From assembly GCF_009914755.1 (NCBI RefSeq), contig NC_060935.1: a stretch of 64,000 nt of DNA. The stretch is one strand, 5' to 3'. The stretch is from the human T2T-CHM13v2.0 reference genome, Homo sapiens. Shown piece by piece: positions 25,060 through 38,020 of this stretch (positions are counted from its first letter, which is position 1; every line of letters starts with the position of its first letter). Made by a program: the position numbers and the translations under genes. The notes beneath the pieces are model-generated. The model had not been told where the DNA came from and ran no database searches. It worked only from the letters and a program-made list of their open reading frames with translations.

Positions 25060-25930
25060 GTAATTATGGGGCAGGCCCAGAGCTAGTCACTGGCGATGAG
25101 AAAGATCTAATCCCTGTCCTTATTTCAGGGGCTCCCATATGCTCAACAGCCTGGCAGAGACGGACAAGTCCACACGTAATTTAAGCAGACGGAGAGGGAT
25201 GTGCTGAGTACCTGGGGCATCTCTGCCTGCAGATGGGGAAGGGGTGATCCAGGAAGGCTTCCCAGAAGTGATATGCCTGGCTTACATCTTAAAAGATGAG
25301 TTTCACAGAACAGCATAGGGGACAGGGGAGAAGGGACAATTCATGAAGGCGGAACAGGATGTGCAAAGCCAGAGAAGTGTGAGGTCTTCAGGGATGAGCC
25401 CCAAGGAGCCCAGATGGCCAGCGTCGGGGGCATCCTGGGGCGCAGGGGCAGGAGGTGGGATTGGGCAGGCAGGGACTGTCAGACCGCAGAGGACCTACTA
25501 TGCACTGCTTAGCAGCTTGGGCTTTATCCTGCCAGCTGTGGGGAGCCATGAAAAAGTTTTCAGGAGGCAAGAGACCCGACAGGGTTTGTCTTTTAAAAGG
25601 ACAGCTGGGGCTGCTGAGTGAAGGATGGATGGTTGAGAGGCAAAAGGTGAAGCAGGGAGACCACCTAGTAGGTAGTGGCCTTCATCCAGGTGAGGGACCA
25701 TGGTGTGGACCGAGTGATAGCAGTGGAGGTAGAAGTAGGAAGATTTGAGATCTGTTTAGGAGGTAGAATTGGCAGGACCTCGTTGTTGATGGGATGGGAG
25801 AAAGAGAGGGTGAGTTGGAGATGACTCCCAGAATTGTGGCATCATTGGCCAGGGTGGATGATCAGATCTGAGGAGGAAAGTGGCACTTTTGGCTTAGGAA
25901 ATGCTGATCTAAGGAGCCTGAGGGATACCT
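25060..25930 (-). mobile_element. L2 relic
   Basis: ggaaggcttcccagaag, ggggagccatgaaaaagttttcag, ggaggtagaattggcaggac, gatgactcccag. Confidence 0.75.
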
Positions 25931-26454
25931 CAAGGTGCATCTAGACGCTCTTCCCTCCTCTTTCCCCTGCTCCCCGGGCCAGCCCTTGCTGTGGCTTTTC
26001 CTCCAACCTGTTGTCTAGACCCACACTAAGGTGGTAGCTTGGAGTTAGATCACCAGATTTGGAAAAAGTCACCAGATGAATGCACTCCCTACTGCAGATG
26101 TTTGAGCTGGACTCCGTGTGCCCTGCCTCCCTGGGGTTTTCAAACTTCAAGGAGAAATCCAGGAGAAAAAGGACACAAACAGTGGAATTCCAGGTTTGTT
26201 AGGAGAGAGATTTAGCAAGTCCTTCTCTAGGACCTGAAAACACACTTGCTCAGGCTGCTGGGCCTGCTCCTCTCGGGTCATGGTCCTGTGTGCCCTGGTC
26301 CAGCCCTGCAGCCGTCAGTTGTGCACCCAGCCTGCATCACCAGCCACAAGGCCCAAGTACATCCTTTGTTTTTCCTGGGCCTACTTCTTTATTTATCAAA
26401 TAACAGAATTGTGCTCCTTCTCTTCCCACCCCACCCCCCTTATCTTCTCTTCTT

Positions 26455-26680
26455 CCTTAGTGATAAAGAACAAGGACTTCAGAATCAGGTAAATCTGGGT
26501 GTAAATTTCAGTCCTACAACTTTCTACCTGTGTAAGTTACTTCACTAGTACCTTAGTCTCCTCATCTGTAAAGTGGGGACAGTAATGGTACCTACTTCAT
26601 ATAAGTATCGTTCATATTCAGTGAGACAATGTATGGAAAACTGTCAGCTCAGTGCCTGCCACCCAGGAAATGCTCCAAGG
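26455..26680 (+). mobile_element. MIR, near full length
   Basis: ctcctcatctgtaaagtggggacagtaatggtacctacttcat. Confidence 0.8.
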
Positions 26681-27135
26681 TCATGGCCATCACGGGCATC
26701 AAGGTTCCTTCCCTCCCTCTCACCTCCCCTCCCTCTCTGATATTCTTTGCAAATACTCCCATTACACGGCTATCTCTGGCCTGGGCTGCTGGCTGTCCAG
26801 TCTGGAGGCAGAAGACTGAACTGAATGACCCCTCGAGGTCTTTTTGGTTTAGGAGTCTTGAGTCTCAAAGGCTTGGGAGCATTCTCCCTGAACTTTCTTC
26901 ATCTGGGTTCTCATGGTGATGTGGGCCCTGTGCTCTGTGGGTCTCTGTCTCTATTTAGTTTTTCCAAGTCACCTGGAGGCTCCCTCCCTCCACTCCCCAC
27001 TCTCAGCATCCCCTCCTGGGTCCAGACAGGTTCAGGCAGAGCACACTCTCCATTAGCCATCATGGCCCACCTGCTGGCTCCCCAGTGACTGGGTCTCTGA
27101 TTGGCTTCCTTCTGCATTTCCCAAGGATGTTTTGA

Positions 27136-27534
<399 letters not shown>

Positions 27535-27641
27535 AGAATTAATTTTCACATTCTCTGTACCTCCTTCACGCCTGGCAGTTCCTGGTGCCCAAGGAGCTTG
27601 CCTTTGTGTGATTTCTCTGCTGATCACCTTGGTCCATGTCC

Positions 27642-28039
27642 CTGGGTATTAGGGTTCTCCAGAGAAACAGAACCAATGGGATGCATATAGAGAGAAAGAT
27701 TCATTTTAAGGAATTGGCTCACCCAATTATGGAGGCTGGCATATCCAGAATCTGCGGGATGGGCTGGCAGAACCAATGGGGCAGTTCAAACTCAAAGGCT
27801 GTCTGCGGCTGAATTCTCTCCTGCTCAGGGCGGGTCAGTCTTTTGTTCTATCGAGGCCTTCAACTGATGAGAGGAAGCCCTCCCATGCTACGGAGGGCAA
27901 TCGTTTTACTCAAAGCTCACTGATTTCAGTGTTAATCTCACCCCCAAATCACCCTCACAGAAACAACTAGAATGATGTTTAACTCTGGATCTGGGGACCG
28001 TGGCTCAGCCAAGTTGACACATAAAGTGAACCATCCCAC
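27642..28039 (-). mobile_element. MLT2-family solo LTR (ERVL)
   Basis: agggttctccagagaaacagaaccaat...aaggaattggctca...gccaagttgacacataaa. Confidence 0.88.
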
Positions 28040-28345
28040 CCTGTTATTGGCAAACATACCAGACACATAATCCCAGGCCTCGGGGAGGCTGTCACTTATC
28101 TTGGATTCCAGACCACACAGTAGTAAGATTTTGTTCCCACTTCTCTAGAAGATCATGTTGGGAAGCCACCGGCCACTAGGTGTAACCTCTGCCTCGGCCA
28201 GTCAAGGCCTCCTGGACTGCAGCAGCACAGGACTGGGCCCGGCCTGGGGCTGAAGGCTGCATGTTGGTTACTGAGTGTGTAATGGAGGTTGTAGGGAGGG
28301 GATGAGGGGTGTTGCTGCCCCATGGCCTCACAGACAGTAATTTTC

Positions 28346-28783
<438 letters not shown>

Positions 28784-29307
28784 TAATGTATCACCATAGA
28801 AAACTCAGAATGAGAGTGGAGCTGTGAGCGTCTCCTGGGGCCAGGCATTTCCTGTCTCTTTCAGAGGTGAAGCACCTGGTCCGACCCATCATTTCACGCT
28901 GAATCGCCTGTTGACCCATCTCACTTGACTGACTCCTGGGATGGAGGCCTGGCTCCCTCCAAGGCAGCCCCTTGCGTTGGAAGAAAGGCAATGGTGTGAA
29001 GCCTGTCTGGTTGTACCCTCCAGCTGCGGGTCCTTACTCCAGCTCTCAGAACCAGAAGGAATCTGTCTAATTGCTCATCTACTGGAGAGCCCTTGAGGTA
29101 TTGATGACAGTTTTCATTTCCTGCTGTGTCTTCTCTAGGATAAAAAATCCCCAGCCCTCTTACCAAGCTGTGTCCCTCAGCATGAGGCCCCAGCAGTGGA
29201 CTCTGCTCAGGCTTTTGTTTGGCCCCTACAAGGCCTACCAAAGCAATCACCTCCTTCCTTCTGAACACTCCACCCCCATTAATGTGTCCAAAGCCACATG
29301 GCTGCTT

Positions 29308-29376
29308 GTGTTAGCTCCATCACACTGAGGATAGAACCCTCAGTGTTAGCTCCATCACACTGTGGATAGAACCCTC
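29308..29376. repeat. 35-bp tandem duplication
   Basis: GTGTTAGCTCCATCACACTG(A/T)GGATAGAACCCTC twice, one mismatch. Confidence 0.95.
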
Positions 29377-29609
29377 CAAGCCTGAGCCCCAGCCTGCATC
29401 CTTATCCTCCTCCTCTCTTTTGCCTTAACTGTTCCACCTGGAAGAGGGGCTTCTTCAAGGTCCTGGGCACTCCAGAATGTTCCCCTCCACTTAAAAAACA
29501 CAAGGATGGTCTCCAGGCACCTGAGGAAACACAGTCTCCTGCCCTTTAGGATCAGCCACCTCTGAGGCCAAGACCTGACCCAGATTCCGGTACCCTTCAC
29601 AGAAGGAGC

Positions 29610-29810
29610 CACCACAGTGGAGAAGGAAGCTCATGGCTTTTGGGCAAGGTAGGCTTAGGTTCAAAACCCGGCTCTCCCTGTAGGACCTAGGGCAACTGAT
29701 CCTCTCTTTCTTAATCTGTAAACGGTACCTGCCTACTAGGGCTGTGCTGAGACTTCTGGATAAAGTGTCAAAGCACCTAGCCCAGGGCCAGCACATAGTA
29801 AGCACACCTA
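29610..29810 (+). mobile_element. MIR
   Basis: ggttcaaaacccggctc...atctgtaaacggtacc...gcacatagtaagcac. Confidence 0.7.
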
Positions 29811-30077
29811 AGTCTAAGTTCTCATCTCCTCTTGAGGGACTTAGATCTTTTATCCCTTTTTCTTTCCCATCAAATCCTCCAATTCTAGCCTCTAACGTGG
29901 AAGAGCTGTATTGACTCAACACACTAGTACACCAGTACACAAAGGCACTAGTCAAATCTTATGGCTTTGGGCAGAGAATGCCCCCGTGTGGGTTGTGTGA
30001 CCTGGGGCAAGCCTCTTCCTTTCCTCTGATTGTGGGTCTTTCATCTCTGATTTGAGATGCACAGGCTAGGAAGTCAC

Positions 30078-30378
30078 CTTTATTTATTTATTTATTTATT
30101 TATTTATGGATATGGAATCTCGCTCTGTCACCCAGGCTGGAATGCAGTGGCACAATCATGGTTCACTGCAGCCTTGACCTCCTGGGCTCAAGCGATCCTC
30201 TTACCCCGCCTCCGGAGTAGCTGGGACCAAAGGCGTGCACCACCACACCCAGCTAATTTTTGTAGAGATAGGGTCTCACTATGTTGCCCAGGCTGGTCTC
30301 AAACTCCTGGGAGCAAGCGATTCCCCCACCCAGGCTTCCCAGTGTTGAGATTGCAGGCATGAGCCACCACGCCCGACC
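30078..30378 (-). mobile_element. AluJ with (TTTA)n tail
   Basis: J-type CACTGCAGCCTTGACCTCCTGGGCTCAAGCGATCC; TSD AGGAAGTCAC. Confidence 0.95.
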
Positions 30379-30551
30379 CAGGAAGTCACTTTAAAGCCCC
30401 TTCTAGCTCTGCCTGTTGGGTCTCCCCAGAAGCCTCCTTGTCATATGGGATCCTTGGCCCTGGGAGGGAGCTGGGGCAGCTGTGAAAATCATCTAACGAG
30501 CGCCCAAAGAGGAGGCTGGACCATTCTTCCTCACCACTCAGCCTGATTTTC

Positions 30552-30866
30552 TTTTTGTTTGTTTGTTTTGTTTTTTGTTTTTGTTTGTTTGTTTGTTTGT
30601 TTGAGACGGAGTCTCGCTCTGTCATCCAGGCTGGAGTGCAGTGGCACAATCTAGGCTCACTGCAATGAGCCATTCTCCTGCCTCAGTCTCCTGAGTAGCT
30701 GGGACTACAGGCGCCCGCCACCACGCCCGGCTACATTTTTGTATTTTTAGTAGAGACGGGGTCTCACTGTGTTAGCCAGGATGGTCTCAATCTCCTGACC
30801 TCGTGATCCACCCACCTTGGCCTCCCAAAGTGCTGGGATTACAGGCGTGAGCCACTGTGCCTGGCC
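30552..30866 (-). mobile_element. AluY-like with a short internal deletion and (GTTT)n tail
   Basis: GCCATTCTCC, GTGTTAGCCAGGATGG, GACCTCGTGATCC diagnostics; 17-bp TSD CACTCAGCCTGATTTTC at 30535-30551 and 30867-30883. Confidence 0.96.
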
Positions 30867-30894
30867 CACTCAGCCTGATTTTCAAGCACCCGAT

Positions 30895-31330
30895 CATCTC
30901 ATTCATTCCTCAGACACCCACATGTCCCCACTTGTTGGCAGGCACGATGAGGGCACAGATGAGAAATAAAGGGTCTTTCACCTCAAGATGCTGACAGGCC
31001 AGCAGGGCAGACAGACAAGCAAACAAATAGCTAAGCCAGGGTGACAGGAGCTATCCTAGAAGCAACAGACAGAGCACAGAGGATGCAACACGTGATTCTA
31101 CCAGGGATGAGGGATGGGTGGTGGTTCAGAGAAGCTAACGAGAAGCGAATGTTGGCGTTCAGGCTTGAAGGATGAGTGGGGGTCTGCCTGGTGGGAAAGG
31201 GAGGAGGGGCACTGCAGGCCAAGGACACAGCATGGGCATTGGCCCAGGGATTGGAAAGTCCTGTTCCACTCTTGGAATGACCTCAGAGTTCAGCAAAGCT
31301 TGAGGAAGTTGACTGGGAGATGAGAGTGGA
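30895..31330 (-). mobile_element. L2 relic
   Basis: attcattcctcagacacc start; ggcttgaaggatgagtgggg. Confidence 0.65.
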
Positions 31331-31587
31331 GGCACGAAGGCCAGCTGGCTGTCTGCTGTGGAGATCCAGACTGGAGTCCACGGGAACATGAACTGGGACA
31401 GAGCCTTTGTCCTTAGTAGGCAATCTGGGGACACAAAGACCAGCCAGATCTGGATCCTCCTTTCCAGGGACTGACCATCCATCCAACCATTCACTCATCA
31501 GTAAATGTCGATATAGCACCTATGCTGTGCCAGATGCTGTGACGGCGGTGAGCCTTCTCCAGGAGGAAGAAATCGCCTGTCCTCCTG

Positions 31588-32070
31588 TGCATTAATTTCC
31601 CAGGGTGGCTACAAGAAAGCGCCATGATCTGAGTGGCTTAAAACCACAAAAATGCATCCGTGCATAGGTCTGGAGGCTGGAAGTCTGAAATCGAGGTGTC
31701 AGCAGGGCTATGCTCCCTCTGAGACTCCAGGTAGAATCCATCCTTGCCCCTGCCTACCTTCTGCTGGTGGCCATTCATCTTAGTGTTTCTTGGCTTGCAG
31801 ACGCATTAATCCAGCCTTGGCCTCTGTCATCACGTGACCTTCTTCCTGTGTGTCTGTCTCTGTATCGCTTCTCCTCCTTGTCATAAATAGACCAGTCATA
31901 TAGGATTAGGGCTCATCCTAATTGAATAGGACCTCATCTTAACTAATTATATCTGAAAAGACCAAATTTCCAAATAAGATCACATTCACAGGTACTGGGC
32001 AGTTGGGTCTTCAACATCTCTTTCTTGGGGGGTGGGGGAGGTGGAGACACAGTTCAACGTGCAATGCCAA
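31588..32070 (-). mobile_element. MLT1C-like MaLR solo LTR inserted in an antisense L2
   Basis: tctggaggctggaagtctgaaatcgaggtgtcagcaggg...tttccaaataagatcacattcacaggtactggg. Confidence 0.88.
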
Positions 32071-33619
32071 GTAATCACAATGCACTGTGGCAACTACCTT
32101 AGAGGAATTGGGGACAGGCTGTGAGCATTCAGAATAAAGAGTTCTTGCCAAGCGGAGGAATCCTCAGTGGCTTCCTGGAGGAGGTGGCCTTTCAGCCATA
32201 CATTGACAGGATTTAGCTATGGAAATGGAAGGGCATCCCAGGCAGAGGGTAGTGCAGGAGTACAAGCATGTAGGAGGGAATTGCAGGGCAGTAATTATGT
32301 CACTTGTTGTAAGCAGTACTCAGAAAGCCCTCTCCTCTCACCCTTCTGCCTGCCTGCCCCCACCAAATCTTATACATGCCAAGCTCACTCCAGCACCATC
32401 CAATCTTGCACTTGCATTTGATGGGGTTTGGAAGAAAATTGCTGCCCGGAGTCATCATGACATTCCTATTCATGTCCAAGCCTGGATTTGTTTTTCTTGA
32501 GCTGCAGTGAAGAAAAAAAAATAATAAACTCTGTATTTATCAAGCAGCAAACCAGTAGGAAATTATAACCTTTTAAAATAAATATGTATCTAATTATAGG
32601 AGAGCAGAATTTACTTTTGCAGTACTGTCAGGATTTCCCTGGCCAGCCTAGTCTACAGATAATGTTCCAACTGCCCTCAACCCCCAAATCTCACTGGGCA
32701 TTAACCTCAAAAATACCACCTTTGCTGATCTCTCAGCAGACAGTGATTTAGGCTGCGCTGAGATGCCCTGAGCAGGCTGGAGAGGAACCTGATTCCCCAG
32801 ACTTTCCTTTTAAAGCCAGAGGCCCAGCCCCTTCATTGGCTCCTAACCACAAAGCCACAACCCGCACCCCCAAGAATGTCTGTTCTGTCCAGCACACATC
32901 TCTGTGGTTGGCAGTTTCCTCCCTTGCAGAAAAGTCAGAAGTCCCAGAGGGAGCAGAACTGAGCCATCTTGGGGAAGGAGCTAACACTGAGGGCTCATCT
33001 CATGCCAGGCATGGCGCAAGGCCCTTCCTTCACTTCTGTATTCCTGTCATCTGTAAGTCCACAGACAGCGATCTAGCCCCGAATGTCACGTCCACACACA
33101 CCATGAAGAACAAGTAAGGAAGAGGAGCAAAGTGTGTAAAGTGCCAACGGGAGCCCAGGCACCTATTAAGTGCTGATAGGAGGCAGCTGTTGTTATTCAT
33201 GGCCAGAACCCTATTACTCTCCACCAGGCACATCCTATGATGAGTTCATTCTTTCAGCATCTATTCATTAAGCACCTGTGATGCAGCAGGTACTGCTATT
33301 CACCTGGCTCCTTCCCTCCCTTCCTCCCTCCCTCCTTTGCACTGGGGCCTGCCCCGTCTGCCCTCTTTAATGCCTAGCCCCCTCCAACCCCACTCCTGGC
33401 TCACCCCACCCTGTTTACCCAGCTCTGCTTTCCCCCTCGTACTTATCACCTCTGATACCTAGATGATTTATGTTTGTCTGTTATTCTTGTCTGTTCCCCA
33501 CAACTCTGGGAAGGTGGAGTCTTGGTAAACTCACTGCTATGGTGGCAGGACCTAGGTCAAGGCTGTAAACATAGCAAGTGTTCAATTAATATTTGTTGAG
33601 TTGAACTGAGATCATTGTC

Positions 33620-34080
33620 TTTGTAGATGGACAAATCCAGGTGAAATGCCCACTCCTTGCTAGCTGTGTGACCTTGGACCCACAACATGGCCTCACTGAG
33701 TCTCAGTGTCCACTTCTATAAAGTAGAGAATCTGTGGGGATATGAGCAGGTAGAAAGCTTGCACAGCACAGAGCAATGCCCGGTGCCGAGATGCTTCTTG
33801 GGAGCTGGTAGGCAGGCTTCTGAGGGTCAAGCATGCAGTGGGAATTCCATGGTTTATGGAGGTCTCAAGTGTTAGCAGGTCTGGGTTTGAATTCTGGTTC
33901 CCACCACTTCCCAGCTCTGTGACCGTAAGCAAATCGTGGAACCTTTCTAAGCCTCAGTTTCCTGTTTGTAAAATGGGGCTCAAACAGCACCCCCACCTCA
34001 GAGAGTTATTTTGACATAGTATGAGGTTGTGTCCATAAAGCAAGCTTGCAAGCAGTAGGCATCCAGGGAGTACAGGCTCC
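33620..34080 (+). mobile_element. Two tandem MIRs following an L2 tail
   Basis: ctagctgtgtgaccttgg; gcctcagtttcctgtttgtaaaatgggg. Confidence 0.7.
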
Positions 34081-34573
34081 CCCTTCCCTCCTCCCAGCTG
34101 GGGGCTGTAAGAAGCTTGGCAGCAGAAACCTGCAAATACCCAGGGCTGCTGGGGGCATTGGCCCCTATTCCTCATGGCCATCCATCCCTCCTCCCACAAT
34201 TACCCAAACTGGGCCTGCCAGATGTGCTCCCGAGAGGGTTCCACCTCCCCAACGCCAGCCCCACAGCTCCCTCCCCGAGCCCCAGCTTCCCCAGCCAGCA
34301 TCTCTCACTGGCTTTGGCACTAATGGGCCCTGCACACCTCCGAAAGACGGTGATGGCTCCCCGCAGAGCCCACAGCAAGTGCCAGAGGAAGAGGGGTCTC
34401 CTGGGCAATGGAGGGGCTCCCCCAGGATTCGGGGGTGTGAGCAGCTGCCTTCCAGAGGGGTCACCTCTGAGTGGAGAAGGATGAGGAGGGGCTGCCACTT
34501 GGCTCTGGCTGACTCTAAAGCTGACAGTCAATGACAGGGTGGGCTCCGGCTGAGTGGGAACCTGAAGGGGGAG

Positions 34574-34587
34574 GTAGCCATGGCAAC
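34574..34587. promoter_or_regulatory. Candidate RFX X-box
   Basis: GTAGCCATGGCAAC, 13/14 to the palindrome GTTGCCATGGCAAC. Confidence 0.5.
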
Positions 34588-35479
34588 CTTCCCTGACACT
34601 CCATAATAGGAGCTGCCCCAGTGCCTTGCATGTCTACATGAGGCCCGGAGAGGGCCAGTGCGTCCAAGGTCAGCCACTGCCCAGCCTTGCATACTGAACG
34701 GGGCTGTCGCTTTTGAGGACTGTCCTGCCCCTACCACCACAGACCTGGGGTGAAGTGGTGGGGGTGGGGGGCTCCGAGCCCTCCAGAGCCTGTAGAGGCC
34801 TGATGACTGCACACCAGGCCCCTTAGCAGACACAGGAGAGGGGGGAGGTGATGCCTCTGTGCACCAGCACCCAGTGTGAAGAACTGGAAACGTATTTATC
34901 ATCCTAAAGGTGGGGCTTTCACCTGATGCCGAGATACACCAGTCACCACATGGGCCTGTGTCTGGCTTCCCCATCCCAGCCGCTTGGGGGGCGCTGATTT
35001 GAAAGGGCCTTGAATAGCTGCAGTGTGGAGACAGATGCGTCCCTGAGTTCTGGGGCCATCGGGCTGGACAGGGGCGGGAAGCCACAGAGTCCAGCACAGG
35101 GGATGCACAGGGGACAGAAGATGCACATGTATCCGGCACTCGAGGTTGGCTGGGGCGACACTGAGCAGCCTGGGCTGGTTGCTGGGCACCAGGTTGCTCC
35201 TTGAGACTGCAGTGGGTTGATGTGTATTGATCCTTTCGCCCACAGTATCTCATCCAAGTCCCAGAACCACCCATGAGGAAGGTGCTGTCAGGAACCCCAT
35301 CCTCCAGCCAGTGAACTGAGGCTTAGTGAGCTCACTTTCCAAGGGCACACCCAAGTGGCGGAGCAGTTTTTAAAGCCAGCTCAGTCTGCCTCCAAAGCCC
35401 ATTTTGTAGATGAAGACCTCAAAGCCAAAGGAAGCCAAGGTTACCCAGCTATAAATATCAGAGCTGGCAGGCTCGGAGG

Positions 35480-36293
<814 letters not shown>

Positions 36294-37174
36294 GCTCTCA
36301 AGCCGGTGCTTCTAACCACTAGGCTCACCTCCCTCGCAGGTACTGAGCCTCTATGCCATCACTTTGCTTCCAGAGCCATGCAGAACAGTAAGCTTGGACT
36401 AGTGGCCTCTGGAGGCTTGGCACATTTGAGTGGGGTGTACCCCTTTTCTTCTCTTCCCTGTCTGACCCTCACACACCCTTTCCAGTCCCTTGGCCATGTC
36501 AGAGTTAAAATGCCAAATTCTCTGTAGAGCCCAATCTTCCAATTTACAACCAAGTCAGGTTTGTGCCAATTTTCAGGCACCAATTATGGGCCAGCTCTCT
36601 TGGACCAATTAAAATGTGCAGGTGCAATAATGTCGACATCAACAGTCTGGGGTTATCTCAGCAGATATTTTTCATGAAATATTTATGAGAGACTGGGAAT
36701 TTTAACCATTTGATGGCATGCTTCCCCTTTCTGCCAGAGCCTCTTTGAAAAGGAGGAAGAGCTCGCAAAGGGTGACGGCAGAGAGATGCCCAGAATCTTG
36801 CAGGAGGAAGGAGAATGCAGGTGAGGGGCTGGGAAAGCCCAGGAGTGGGTGTAGGGTGGGGTGGGGGGACAGGACTTTTTTGAAGGTATTGGGGGGAAAA
36901 AGAATCTGTAGAATTAGATTAATCAGGGGGCTGGTGTTCTGGAAAGAGCCCATGTGGGTCTTGGGAGACTCAGGTTTTTGTTGGGACTCTGCCATGCACT
37001 TGCTGGGTGATCTCCGTGTCCTCATGTGCAAAAGGGCAGAAATGTCCCCTGCCTTGTGCCACCTCCCAGGGTTGTGGTGGGAATTAAATGGCAGCGTGAA
37101 GGGGAGAGGGCTTTGGAAGGGGTTCAGCATTGCCCACAGGGAAGGTTCTCTGCAAAGGGACTGTGCCTCCAGAA

Positions 37175-37610
37175 GGGTTGATATTAATGGTGCCCCCAGT
37201 TTCTCATGCCTCTGTGTGTCCTTGCCCTTCAGTAGTTCCTCCCAGATCATTGACTCTGGCTTGGCCCTATGATTTGCTTTGATCAATGGAATAGTCACCA
37301 ACTAGGTTGAAGCAGAGCTTGCAAAAACACTGGTGTATTTTCATGTTCCTTTTGCTCTTCTGCCTTTGTCATATGAATGTGTCCAGCCTAACTTGCTGGA
37401 AGGATTCAGGAGACGTGTGAGTAAGAGCCAAGATTTCCCAGATCAGCCTACAGCCAAGATAAGCACAGCTTTCTACCCAACCTGCACCTCACCACAGAGA
37501 ATGGAAGAATCACTCAGCCATCCTGTATATTGTAGCAATAATGTATGGTTATTTTTTCTAGGCACTGAGTTTTGGGATGATTTGTTATGCAGCAACAGCT
37601 GGCTGCTACA
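37175..37610 (+). mobile_element. MLT1 (G/H-like) MaLR solo LTR
   Basis: gatttgctttgatcaatggaat; 3' end gcactgagttttgggatgatttgttatgcagcaacagctggctgctaca. Confidence 0.78.
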
Positions 37611-37743
37611 GAGATTGTGCCCACCCTCACAGCCCCCTGGATCTGTGTGCTCGCACTGAGTTTTGGGATGATTTGTTATGCAGCAACAGCTGGCTGCTAC
37701 AGAGATTGTGCCCACCCTCACAGCCCCCTGGATCTGTGTGCTC
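37562..37743. repeat. Perfect 91-bp tandem duplication
   Basis: 37562-37652 identical to 37653-37743. Confidence 0.97.
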
Positions 37744-37824
37744 TCACTGAAAAGCAAAAGTAACTTCTGTTTTTCTCTTCTCTGTGGCCACCAGGGCTGC
37801 TGCCCAAACAGAAAGGCAATTTGC

Positions 37825-38020
37825 TTAGTGGTGGAGGTTCTGACCTCCAGAGTCAGACAGTCCTGGAATCCTATCCCAGCTGTGTGACCTGCAGTTGGCT
37901 TCTTAACCACTCTGTGCCTCAGTGTCTCCATCTACAAAAGGCACAGTTTCTACCCCATCACGTTGTGGTAAGGACTAGAAAAGACATTGGAAGTAAAGTG
38001 CGTGACACCAAAGTGCTCCA
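37825..38020 (+). mobile_element. MIR
   Basis: agctgtgtgacc...ctctgtgcctcagtgtctccatctacaaaa. Confidence 0.75.

Noticed and set aside
34978-34997. Second CTCF-like motif CCGCTTGGGGGGCGCTG
   Set aside because: Lacks the core AG and has several mismatches in the 5' half
34046-35274. Overlapping 100-250 aa ORFs on both strands
   Set aside because: Expected in GC-rich non-coding DNA; open in several frames with Pro/Gly/Ser-biased random composition
36702-37301. Antiparallel 199-aa and 184-aa ORFs
   Set aside because: Run into an MLT1 LTR; no domain recognised
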